Below are positions 29,255 through 41,400 of a DNA stretch of 62,911 nucleotides, in pieces (positions within the stretch are counted from its first letter, which is position 1; each line of letters starts with the position of its first letter). Origin of the DNA: a virus; the IMG/VR virus record IMGVR_UViG_3300045988_079349; one strand, given 5' to 3'. The position numbers were made by a program, and so were the translations under genes. The notes under the pieces are model-generated. The model searched no databases. It had not been told where the DNA came from and saw nothing but the letters and a program-made list of their open reading frames with translations.

Positions 29255-29558
29255 ATATGAAATTGATTTTCCATTAGATACTAGAGAGCAAGACTTAAAG
29301 AGGCTAATCAATTAGTTATGGAAGTTAATACCAATGAAGGAAAACGATGAAGACTGGATAAATCATTTAAATACTATGATAGAGGAAATTAGTGGTTTGG
29401 TTAGGATATATAAAGATAAAGTCGAAGGTCTTATCTTATTATCTAAATTAGAAGGTTTAACTTCAAGTGTATGTAAAGAAGATTTTATGATTTATCGAAA
29501 AACAGTCTTTAGATGTATAGATTTATTGGCATAGGTAATAAAAGATGACGAATCTTGA
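29247..29558 (+). CDS. hypothetical protein (~103 aa), 2 TAGs
   Basis: Start overlaps the previous stop (ATGGATAA); in frame with track 29334..29534. Confidence 0.4.
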
Positions 29559-30537
29559 ATTAATGAGGAAAAGACTCGAGTGGCAAGGCGGCGTTCGGCA
29601 AGAAGATAGAATGATAAAGGATAAATGGCGCACTCTTCAAAAAGCGTTATAGTATTCTTATCAAAGTTGTTCAGTTTAGATGGTACAAAAATCATCTTAG
29701 GTATTAGATGCATCTTTAGATGCTATTGATAATGAAATGGGTATTTATCCTATATATAGAGCGCTTATTAATCCCGATAAAGTAAAACAAGATTATGATG
29801 ATAAGATAATTTCAATAGATCATATGGCAAAATATGAACCGGGAGATGTCTTTGAGTGGAAAAGAACTGGGACTTATTGGATTATCTATTTAGAAGAAAT
29901 AACCGAGGATGCTTACTTTAGAGGAGAAATAAGACGTTGTAGATATAAGATTAAATTTAAAGATTAGGATGGAAAATGGTGTGAAACATGGGCGGCAATT
30001 AGAGGGCCAGTTGAAACTTAGATAGAATCTATTCAGAAAAATCAAGAGAGATTAGATAAACCTAATTTAAGTTTAAATATCCTCATGCCAAGAAATGAGA
30101 AAACAATTCATGCTTTTGATAGATATAAAGAATTTCTATTTGCGGGACGGTGCTGGAAAGTCTAGGCTCCAGACGATATTAGCATGAGAAATGTTATTGA
30201 AGTCAATGCAGAAGAGGACTATATCAATAGAGATACAGACGATATTGAGAATAGTATGAAAGATGGATTAGTTTTTGAGCCTGTTGATCCTACTCCAGAA
30301 AGTGGAATATTAGGTGAAACTTTCATTAAGCCCTTAATAAAAGAGACTTATTCTGTTGAAGAACCTAATGGAACTTGGTCAATACTAGAAAAAGATTTCC
30401 CTGTAACTTTATGTCCGAATGGAAATAAAGCAGTAGATTTAGTATGGAATAAATCTACTCATGGTCAATTCACTCTAATATGGGAAAAAGAAAATATTAC
30501 GCTAGAAAAAGTTATTGTGGTAGAGTCTTTGTTCTAA
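29545..30537 (+). CDS. hypothetical structural protein (~330 aa), about 7 TAGs
   Basis: In frame with the track ORFs 29737..29967 and 30184..30537. Confidence 0.5.
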
Positions 30538-30549
30538 GGGGTGAAATTA

Positions 30550-31086
30550 ATGAAAAAGAATACCTATGAATATCCTAAATCTAGTTTATTGGGAATTTAG
30601 AAAGACGCTTCATTGATTATGGAGAGGATACTTTCTAATTAGAATGTTTTAAAGTTATTAGCTTATAATACTAGAGATTGGAAAAGTAAACCTGCGGTTA
30701 CCGGAGATATGATAAAGGAAATGATTGAAACATAGCAAATTTCTCCTGTGCCTAAAATTAAAGTAGATAGGCCAGAAAAATCATATTTGCGATTAATTTA
30801 TGGTACGATGGTTAGAAATTCTACTAATCCTGAATATAGAGATAATACCTTTGGAATAGATATTATATGTCATTATGATAATTGGGATTTAGGAGATTAT
30901 GATTTGCGTCCTTATAGGATAGCCGGAGAGATAGATTCAATGTTGGATAAAACTCATTTAACTGGGATAGGAGAACTTGAATTTGTATCCGCTGTTCCGT
31001 ATATTTATGATGAAGAGTTTGCCGGTTTGTCTCTTACCTATCTTGCAATTCGTGGTAATGAGGATAAGGTAAATCCACTTGTCTGA
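30550..31086 (+). CDS. hypothetical protein (~178 aa), 4 TAGs
   Basis: Ends with the track ORF 30748..31086. Confidence 0.45.
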
Positions 31087-31102
31087 TTATAGATTAGCTT
31101 TA

Positions 31103-31828
31103 ATGGCTGGGATTGATATTCCCATTCCTGAATTACAACTTATTATTCATGTTCCCACCATTAAAGAAATAGCTCTTATAGGCGAGACAAAATTTTTTAT
31201 GGCAGTTCAATATCTTTGTTTAGACAAAGAATCATTAATATAGGACGAAATTCTTTCATCATCCTTAACTAATTTTCAAGTATTGATGAAGGTGTTAGAA
31301 CAATCTTAGGATAAGGATAAGAAAGATGCAATTATCATGCTTCTTACGTTATTATTTCCTGACTATATACCACTATTTACGAGAAATTCTATTATTTTAA
31401 CAAAATAGAATGAAAAGCAACCTATTTTGATAGATGATAATAACTTTGATATTTTCCAAGATACATTAAAAGAGGTCTTATGTGTAAATAGCATATTTCA
31501 AGGTAATAATGTTATCTATAATCCTGCGAATGATAGAGCAAAAGAAATAGCAGAGAAGTTAATGCGGGGACGTCGTAAAGTAGCGGAAATAAAGAATAAG
31601 GGAAATAATGAAAGTGTTTTAACACGTTATGTATCTATCCTAACAGTTGGATCTTAGACAATGAGCTTGGAGGATTGCCTTAATCTCAATATGTTTTAGA
31701 TATTTGACTTGATGGAAAGATATAATGCATTTATTGAATGGGATGTTGATCTGCGGATTCGTCTTGCAGGCGGCAAACCGGATAAACCAGTTGAATCATG
31801 GATGCGAGATATACATCCTAAAAATTAA
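31103..31828 (+). CDS. hypothetical protein (~241 aa), about 8 TAGs
   Basis: In frame with track 31427..31657. Confidence 0.4.
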
Positions 31829-31842
31829 GGAGGAATTAGCTC

Positions 31843-33237
31843 ATGCGTTTTGGTATTCGTGAGATTTGCGATGTAGTGCTTCGTGCGAAGAGTTATCAAA
31901 CCCTTGGTAATCGTAAGTTCTACAAAAATGAACCAGTTTTATATTTCGACACTTTAAGAACCTCTACTCTTGAGGGTGCTGCAACAACAGTATATGCGCA
32001 GGGCGGACGTGGATATTCTAGATTGATTGCTTGGGAAGGTGAGCGTACTCTAACCTTTACAATGGAAGATGCTCTACTTTCTCCAGAAAGCTTCTCTATT
32101 CTTTCTGGTGCTGGCCTACTTGATGCAACAAAAGAAGCTCCTATCTATGTTCACCAGACTTCTCAGATTGAAGTTGAGACTGCCAATACTATTATTGTTC
32201 CAGACAAGGCTTGCTGGAATGGATTTACTGACCATGATAATGAAATGTATCACCGTTCTGCCGACATCTTTGTGATGGTGTTAGGCGATGATGGTCAAGT
32301 TAATGCCGAGCCTTGTATTCCTGTTTCTGTAAGTTACACAGAAGATGGCAAAACAACTTTAACTTGTTATTCTCATGCTGGCGTACTTCCTGCGGGAACC
32401 ATTGTTTTAGTTGACTACTATGTAAAGCGTACCGGTGGAGCACAGATGATTGAAATTACTGCTGATAAGTTTGGTGGTAACTATTATCTTGAGGCTTCAA
32501 CTCTATTCCGTCGTGAGAGCGATGGCGTAGATATGCCTGCTGAATTTATTATTCCTAACTGTAAAGTTCAGAGTAACTTCACATTCAGTATGGCAGCTAA
32601 CGGAGATCCTTCTACCTTTACCTTTACAATGGACGCTTTCCCTGATTACACCAAGTTCGACCAAACCCATAAGGTATTGGCTGCAATTCAAGTAATCACT
32701 GATGAAAGCGGTGAAACCGAGGAAACTCGTGAGCCATGCTCTGAGAATGTAGGTACTTATGAGAGCGAAGCTGCTGATGTGACTGTAAGTTTCGTATCTA
32801 ATAGTGCTACAGCCGCAGAGCTTGATGTTACTGGTAGTGTAACAGGAAAGGCTTATGACACTGAGACTTATGGCGATACTATAGCAGAAGCTGCTCAGAT
32901 CAGCCTGCAAATCCCAGTAGAGAGTGATAGTACCCAATATAATGTGGTAACTACAAACCCAGCTTATGAGAGATACTTCTCTACAGACCCAGGAATTGAA
33001 GGTAATACAAAGACTCAAACCGTTAGCGGCGAAGAGTTAGCTCAAGGATTGCTTGTAATTCTTACTAGCGAAGATCAGGCAACTCCTATTACCGCAAAGA
33101 TTAATAAGATTAATGGTGATTTTGAAAAGACTTATACCATTAATAACAAACTTAGCTTTGCTACATCTGCCGCAGCAAAAGCTAAGACTAGCACCCGCAA
33201 TAAGTTAGTCTCTGTCACCGAGGATGACGGAATTTAA
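31843..33237 (+). CDS. major tail (tube) protein with an Ig-like C-terminal extension (464 aa), TAG-free
   Basis: ORF track; AAGGAGG RBS; lies upstream of the chaperone and tape measure genes; strong terminator after it. Confidence 0.5.
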   Translation: MRFGIREICDVVLRAKSYQTLGNRKFYKNEPVLYFDTLRTSTLEGAATTVYAQGGRGYSRLIAWEGERTLTFTMEDALLSPESFSILSGAGLLDATKEAPIYVHQTSQIEVETANTIIVPDKACWNGFTDHDNEMYHRSADIFVMVLGDDGQVNAEPCIPVSVSYTEDGKTTLTCYSHAGVLPAGTIVLVDYYVKRTGGAQMIEITADKFGGNYYLEASTLFRRESDGVDMPAEFIIPNCKVQSNFTFSMAANGDPSTFTFTMDAFPDYTKFDQTHKVLAAIQVITDESGETEETREPCSENVGTYESEAADVTVSFVSNSATAAELDVTGSVTGKAYDTETYGDTIAEAAQISLQIPVESDSTQYNVVTTNPAYERYFSTDPGIEGNTKTQTVSGEELAQGLLVILTSEDQATPITAKINKINGDFEKTYTINNKLSFATSAAAKAKTSTRNKLVSVTEDDGI

Positions 33238-33239
33238 TC

Positions 33240-33276
33240 TAAAGGGAGGACTTAATGTCCTCCCTTTTTCTTTTTA
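33240..33276 (+). terminator. intrinsic terminator
   Basis: AAGGGAGGACttaaTGTCCTCCCTT followed by TTTCTTTTT. Confidence 0.6.
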
Positions 33277-33293
33277 TAAGGAGTAATTGGAGT

Positions 33294-34730
33294 TATGGAT
33301 ATTGATATTTATGATTATGTTTAGCGTTGGTCTATTAACTATATTGTATATCACAGTAGCCATTTGAGAGAATATGGCGACGTAGAATCAGCGAATACCT
33401 TATTCAGCGCATAGTATCAATAGGCAGTAAATAAAGCATAGACCGCGGGAATTGAGGCTTAGATCTCCTCAATTCAAGAATAGATGCAGCTAAAAGCGCC
33501 TTCCGCAGCCAGTGGATTAAAGATTCTAAGTGATCTAGAGATAGGAACCCTATTAGACTCTACTCTTGATTAGATTGCCGCCGGTATTAATGAGGGTATT
33601 GAATTAGCTGGTGGATAGGTAGATTTTGAAAACTATAATACTATATTGCAATAGGTTGGAAGCTTTAATAACTTGTTATCAACTGGTACACCGGAAATAT
33701 AGAGAGTGAATGATTTCTTTAGGTTACTTATATCAGCTTTAACGAAAGCGAATATGATAAATGTTAATGTTCTTGATGCTTTAACATAGATTGGAAGATA
33801 GCTAATAGGAACTAGCTTTTAGATAGATTAGGCATAGCAAAGTTATGTTATGGCTGTTGGCAAAGGAGATATAAATATCGCAAAAGATGTAATAGATTCT
33901 TTAAACAGGGCTGTTACTCGTTTAAGTGAATAGGGATCAGTAAACTCTCGTTCTTTTGCTAATACTATTGCTTATATATTTAGAAGGGTTATTGGAAATT
34001 AGATTAGTTAGGCGATAGTTGCAGAGGGTATATCAATAGGAGTTAATACCGCGGATAGTATATTAGATAAGGTAATCGCGCAATCTGGTGGAAAATTGCG
34101 ATGGGTTGATAAAGGATAGAATAATGTCTCTAAGTCTAAAGGTACTACAAATATATTTAATAATGATACCTTTAGTTTGCAAGTAACCAAGGGCAATCAG
34201 ACTTTTAATATAGAGATAGGGACAAATGTAAATGCAAGATGGCAAAATAAGAAAATGTCTTAGAATAAAATTTCTGCTTCTTCAAGTATGAATGTTGGAG
34301 AATATTTTTCTGGTTAGCCAGAGAAGTATCTTGCTTATAATATGATTGCTCATAGATATACTGGAGCTGATTTTGAAGAATCGTTTAATAATATACGGGC
34401 TTCTGTTGCAGCGTCCTTCTTTAATTAGTGGATTCAGTCTAGTGAGTTTAGTTCATAGAAGGGTCATTTAGGATAGTTTATTATAGTTAATGGTAGAGTA
34501 TTTTCAATCTAGCGAATTATTAATAATATCTGTGATGATATTGTTAGAAATAGTGCTCATGAAGTGGTTTCTATTGGTGGAGAAGGCGCTCTGGGTAATA
34601 AGTGGTATGGCAATTCTGGAGCAAACATATTAGATGCAATCACCCGTAGTAATATAGTCAATGGAGTTATAAATAAATTAACTATTGCAGCAACTTTAAA
34701 TAATAATATACTATCTAAATACGCATATTA
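33294..34730 (+). CDS. hypothetical Gln-rich protein (~478 aa) with about 40 in-frame TAG codons
   Basis: Single frame from ATG to TAA with TAG as the only internal stop; lies between the tube and chaperone genes. Confidence 0.45.
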
Positions 34731-34794
34731 AACTTGACAATAGTTAATTTTTCTAGTATAATAAAAATATAAATGAGATAAAGGAGATTTTACA

Positions 34795-35325
34795 ATGACT
34801 TTTAAAGATTTGGGGCTTGAGCCTAAAGTTAAATATACAGAAGTAAAGGTTGGAGCAGATAAGATTTTGTCTGTGGCTAATTATCTTCCTATTGCTGATA
34901 AAACAAATCTTATTATGTTTGTCACTGATTTATCAATAGATGAGGCAACTGGCTGTTTTAGTCCAGTTAGAGTGGAGACCTATTTTGCTATTGCTATATG
35001 CAGATGGTATGGCGGAATTACTTTTGAGCCAGAAGATGTGCATGAAAATATCGCAAAAACCTATGACACTCTTGAGACAAACAGTGTAATTGATGCAATT
35101 CGTGATATTATTCCGGTGGAGGAACTATCTTTTATTGAGGATTTAGTTAAGGATACTATAAGCGATATTTCAAGATATAATAGTTCTGCGGCCGGCATTA
35201 TTCAGATGATGAATAAAAATGCTTCTGGTCTTGATACATATATTACTGATATGCTAGAAAAGATTAAGAATGGTGAAAATCTTGAAACACTATCAGTAAT
35301 TAAAGATGTGGTTGGAAAAGATTAA
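34795..35325 (+). CDS. tail assembly chaperone candidate (176 aa), TAG-free
   Basis: ORF track; immediately precedes the tape measure gene; terminator-like hairpin at about 35375-35410. Confidence 0.4.
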   Translation: MTFKDLGLEPKVKYTEVKVGADKILSVANYLPIADKTNLIMFVTDLSIDEATGCFSPVRVETYFAIAICRWYGGITFEPEDVHENIAKTYDTLETNSVIDAIRDIIPVEELSFIEDLVKDTISDISRYNSSAAGIIQMMNKNASGLDTYITDMLEKIKNGENLETLSVIKDVVGKD

Positions 35326-35435
35326 TAAATCTAATAAAATTTACAAATTAGATAGAGAATTAAAAGGCTCTTGAGAAGATATAATTCTCAAGAGCCTTAT
35401 TTGTTTTATCGTAGAGATAAAGGAGGAAAAGGACT

Positions 35436-38400
35436 GTGGCTAATAAAAGATTAAACTATTAGATTGGGTTTACCGCTGATACTACTGAACTTTATAGAGC
35501 AGTAAATGATGCCGTTAAAGCATTAAATAGTATTGGTTCAGGCCAAAAATCTTTTTTAGGTTTAGATAGTGCTACTCAATAGGCAAGAGAACTTTAGACA
35601 ATTTTAACCTCTGCTTTTAATGAAAATACTGGGAAATTAGATCTAACTACATTTGCTAAAAGTTTAGAGAGAAGTGGAAAAAGTTTAAATGACTATGGAC
35701 GTAGCTTAACAAGTATTGGTCCAGCAGGATAGGAAGCTTTTTCATAGGTAGTTAAAGCTATATCTTCTGCTGAACTTCCATTAGTAAGAACGAGTAAATT
35801 ATTCGATCAGCTATGGATAACAATGAAAAATACTGTTCGTTGGCAAGTTACCTCAACTGCTTTAAATAGTTTTGTTGGTACTCTTGAAACCGCCTATGGT
35901 TATGCAAAAGATTTAAATGAATCTTTAACAAACATTCGTATAGTTACTGAAAATTCTGCGGAAGATATGGCTCTATTCGCGGAATAGGCAAATAAAGCTG
36001 CTAAAGCATTAAGTACAACTACTGTAGACTATACTGATGCAGCTCTAATTTATTATCAATAGGGTCTTACTGAGTAGGAAGTTTTAGATAGAACTGAAAC
36101 TACTATAAAAATGGCGAACGCCGCAGGTGTTAGTGCCTAGACTGCATCTGATCAGTTAACTGCGGTATGGAATAACTTTTATGATGGAAGTAAAAGTCTT
36201 GAGTATTATGCAGATGTCATGGTTCGCTTAGGTGCGGATACTGCATCAAGCTCTGATGAAATTTCAGAAGGTATCTAGCAGTTCGCCGCAGTTGCAGAGA
36301 CAGTAGGTTTGAGTTATGAGTATGCAGCATCTGCATTAGCAACTGTTACTGCTACAACTCGTGAATCTGCGAATACTGTAGGTACTGCATTTAGAACATT
36401 ATTTGCACGTATTCAGGGCTTAAATCTTGGCGAAACACTTGATGATGGAACTACTTTAAATAAATACTCTTAGGCTCTTGATAAAGTTGGAATTAACATC
36501 TTTGATGTTAATGGAGAAATTAAAACCATGGATACTCTATTAGATGAAATGGGAGAGAAATGGGAAACTTTATCTAATGATCAATAGATTGCATTAGCAT
36601 AGACTGTAGCTGGAGTACGTCAATATACCCGCCTTATTGCTCTCATGGATAACTGGGATTTCTTCTAGGAAAATCTAGAGAGTGCGTATGGCGCTAGTGG
36701 TTCTTTACAGGAGCAGGCTGATATTTATGCTGAATCTTGGGAAGCAGCTAGAGATAGAGTAAGAGCATCTGCGGAAGATATTTATGATAGTATTATAAAT
36801 CCTGAATTATTTATAAGTGCTGATAACATAGCTTCTCCATTCTTATCTGGAATTGCAGATATTGTTGATGGAATGGGTGGATTAAATGGTATTTTATTAA
36901 CCACTGGTACATTAATCACTTCAGTTTATGGGGATAAGATTGCCAATTCAATGAGAAATATGGCAACAAATATTAGTATTATTACTGGAGTAGAAGCTGA
37001 ACGAGCTAGAGTATTATAGTCTAATGCTGTTGATATATTGAAAAATTTAGAATCTACTTATGCCGCAGGCGACGCAGAAGCATATAGATTAAATATTATG
37101 TATCGTTAGGCAGAAGTGTAGGGGGCTATTAATTCAAAATATGATTCGATGACTATTGAGCAGAGGAAATAGTTATAGTCACAATAGCAGTAGTTAGATA
37201 TACTTAGAGATGAAAATTTAATTATTGCTGACACTATAGGAAAACTATAGCAATCAGCTACGGAAAAATTTGGTTCAATTTTCATTAATATCCCTCAAGG
37301 CTCAGAAGGTTGGCAGGATCAGTTAAAAGCAGAAATAGATTAGTGGAACAAAAAAGCTAAAAAGACATATCGGATCAATTTAGAAATTAATCCTGACACA
37401 ACTGTTGAAACTGTTTTTAGTAATATTTCTAAATAGCTTGATTCATTAGCAAAAAAACATGCTAGTTTACGACTTATTTCTAATTAGTTTTAGAATTTAG
37501 ACGCTACAAGTGAGAAGTATGAATAGAATTTAAAAGAATTAATTGCTACCTACTCTAATTTAGGTACTTCAAATAAGACGGTCTAGGAGATGGAGTCTTA
37601 TTTAAAACGTCTTGGAACCCAAGCAGATAATACAGAAAGTCAAATTAAAGAATTGGGTAATGTCCTTTCTTAGCTTGGAGTAAATAAAAATAATATAAAT
37701 TCTTATATTGATACTTTGATGAATTTGCATTTATAGCTGCAAAGAGGAGAAATTACTTAGGAAGCATATAACAATGCTGTTTAGCGAGTTGTAACTAATA
37801 TTAATAACCTTAATTCTTCTTCTAAAGATTGGGCTAGTGGAATAGTATAGGCTGGAAATGCTATATCATCTCTTTTAATGGCGGTTAATGGCATCAATAG
37901 TATTGGTAGGGTTTTTTCCGATGAGGATATGACCTCTGGAGAAAGATTTATTACAATTCTAACTGGATTAAGTATGATTATTCCATCTGTTACTTCCGCT
38001 ATGAAATTCCTTAATCAAGAAAAAGCGATTTCTGTAGCGGTTACAGGAACAGAAGTTACTGTAACTGGAAGTAGTATAGCTGCAAATTTAGCTAGAACCG
38101 CTGCAAATAAAATTTTAGCAGTTTCTGAGGGAGAAGTGGCTACTGCGACTTAGGTAAGTAATGCAGCTATGGCAGCAAGATTGATTATGTTAGCTCCATA
38201 TGTAGCACTTATTGCAGCATTAGTAGGTGGAATCTACTTAGCAGTAAAAGCATACAATGCTGACGCGGACGCTGCGAAGCGAGCTGCCGAAGCTGCGGAA
38301 GAGACGCAACAGGCTGTAGAAGATGCTACTTCAGCGTATGAGGAATTAAAATAGACTATTTCGGATTATAGCGAAGCCCTTGATAGCATTAATGAGCTAG

Positions 38401-41400
38401 AAAAAGGAACAGAAGAATTTGCAGAATAGATAGAAGACGCTAACAAAAAAGCTAAAGAATTAATTGAAACATATAAATTGTTTGGGCAATATAGTTATGG
38501 TTCAAACGGATAGATAGTATTTGATGAAGGAGTACTAGAGAATCTTTAGGAGCAATAGGCTAGTAATCTTAGTTCATTAGAAAGCGCCAATTATTAGACA
38601 TAGATAACTGCGTCTAATGCAAATTTGAAAGCTTTGGCTACTAGTACGATTAGAGAAACTGGACTAACCTATGGTTACTCTTATCAAGATCGTTCTGGAA
38701 ACGAGTAGGAGATGCAGCGTCTCATTTCTCATGATATGTTAGATGAATTAGCTAATAATTATTATGAGTTAATGAGCGAGGCTTCTGACGGATTTGTAAC
38801 TCTTGAGAGTGGAATTTAGCTTTCTGTCGACGCAGTTGCAGATGCGAAGGATGCATTAGAGGAATATGCCGATGCCGCAAAATCGGCGGCAGAAGAAACA
38901 GAATACTTTGCTAGCTAGATTTTAACTAATTATGTTGGACAAAATTATGAAGGTACAATAGATAGCAATGAAGATTTAATTCGATAGGCTGCAAGTAATC
39001 AAGTAGGTAATACTCAACTTTCTTCTGGAAAAACTGTAGATGAAGCATTGGCAGAAATTAATGCTGCAAATGCCAATAATGCTACTATTAAAGATTTGCT
39101 AAGAGAACTATATAATACGGATTATATGTTCTTAACCGATGAAAGATTGGGTAAGGAATACGCGGAAAAAGTTCTTGGATGGGATACTGCCTCTATTGGT
39201 TATTCTGGAGGATGGGGAAAAGGAACTCTTTCAAATGCCGCTACTGGCGAATCTGTAGAAATGACAGACTAGGCTATGCGCATTGCTTTATAGAATCTAC
39301 TTATGTAGGAGAAAATTTTAAAGCAGTATGCAGACGAAATAGAAAATAATGCTGAAGGAGCTATTGATATAGATTCTTACATTTAGGAGTTAAATGAAGA
39401 TATTAATAATATCAATACTCAATTTGGAGAGGAATTTGGTACAGCATATGCTCAAGCCTTAGCAAATGAAGGAGATATAGATTTTGTTAATTTATTAGAA
39501 CAATCTTTTTCTCCTGAATAGGTAGAAGAGCTAAAAACTAAGGTTAGTTCTGGATTGTTAGATATTCCTTAGGAGTTTCTTGATGCTTTAACTTCTTCAA
39601 TAGAAGATTATGACGCCAGTAATTATTGGGCTAATTAGCTTGAGACAAGTAAGAAAAATGCGGCAGAAATTGGTAGTATCCTTTCTTCTTACCAAAATGA
39701 AGAGGAATTAGATGAGGATTAGCTAGCCTTCTTAGATGAATTGATGGCTAAATATGAAGATTTATCTAATTTACAAGCCACAAATTAGCATGACTATCTT
39801 GAAAGATTAAGAGAGATACAAGAACAAGAAGAAAAAACGTATCTTACTGGATTAGAGGATTCTGCTAATTAGCAAAGAGAGGATATTTAGCAATTAGAAT
39901 CAGAAATAGCAAGATTAGAAGATGCTGGATATGCTCCACTAGATTTAATAGAGGAATTACAATAGAAATTATAGAAGCTTGCAGACACAGAGTATAAAAT
40001 TTAGATTGCTCTCGATACGGATTTAGCTTCTGATATTGATTAGGCATTCGGGTTAGCCAATGAAATAGAATAGCTTAAAGGATATTTGGAAGATGGCCTT
40101 GAAATAACATATGATAGAGCCTAGGAAATAATAGCGGCTGGCTATGGCGCTATGCTTACTAATGCAAGAGAAACGGCAGATAGTACTATTGAGTTAAATA
40201 GAGAAGTTGTTAATAATTTTATTGATGGTAAATAGTAGGAAATAGAAGCTGATAGATTAGCAAGAATAAAGTAGTTAGAAACTGAGAGAGAAGCATTAGT
40301 CGCTAAGCGAGATTCTCTTTATGCTGGATTAGAAGCTTTAAAATCTGGGCTTAAAGCAGAGGATGCGGCCTCTAAAGCTGCGGCACTTGCACAAGCAGCT
40401 ATTTATAAAGCTGATGCCGATTCAAAAGAAATTACAGCTGAAAAAAAGGCTGACGCAGAAGATTTAGCCAATGAAGAAATTGCTAATGATGCCGCCGCTT
40501 TAGTCGATGCTTTGGGAATAATGCATGAAACTGATGCAGAAAATTCTCAATAGGCGTATGATGATATTGAAACTGCGGCGAATCAAAGTGGAGCATCATA
40601 GGTTAGCGTTTGGAATTAGGTTTAGTTAGCAGCAGTTAAAGCATCGTAGGCAATAAAAGCTGCTTATAGCGGGCAGGAAAGTACTTATGATCCCGTGCTA
40701 TTTGAAGGACAGGATAATGTCTCCGTGGGGGCGACCAGTTCACAAACTGCTGATAATACATATGTATTTTCTAAAGCAGATGTTTAGACATTAACTGATG
40801 AAATCCTTAATGCCGCTTAGAATAATATCGAAGTATTAAATAGCGCTACAGAGCAAGCTATTGATGAAATATAGTTAGAATTGAATTCTGTTAATGCTTA
40901 GATCGGTTCTGTAGATGCTGGAATTGCGGCACTAAAAAGCGCTAATTTATCTTTAGATAAAACATAGGCTAACTTAGGTAGTGGTTCTGGCGGAGATAAC
41001 GAAGGTACAAAATATGATGCCGAGGATGAAAAAACTCTTGAAGATATAGAAGATAGATACCATGAAATAACTCGTGAGATTGAGAATTAGAATGATTTAT
41101 TGGATGATATTGGTAATAATATAGATAGAGCATATGGAGCGAAGAAATTATAGGCTTATTAGAAAGAGCTTCAAGAGTTAGAAAAACAGCAAGCTAATTA
41201 TAATAAGATGCTTGATGAGGCTGAGACTTATCTTGAGAAAGATAGATCAGAACTTCAAGGATTATTTAACAATTCTCTTATTTTTGATGAAAATGGAGAA
41301 ATTGAAGGTTATCAAGACGTTCTTCAATCTATTATTGATGATTACAATAATAACTTCTTAACCGATTATAATGCTTTCTTATTGATGTTTAGTAGTCTTA

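Noticed and set aside
32503-33018. 171-aa minus-strand ORF
   Set aside because: It lies antisense inside the well-supported tail tube gene. Its Cys/Ser-rich nonsense composition is typical of shadow ORFs.
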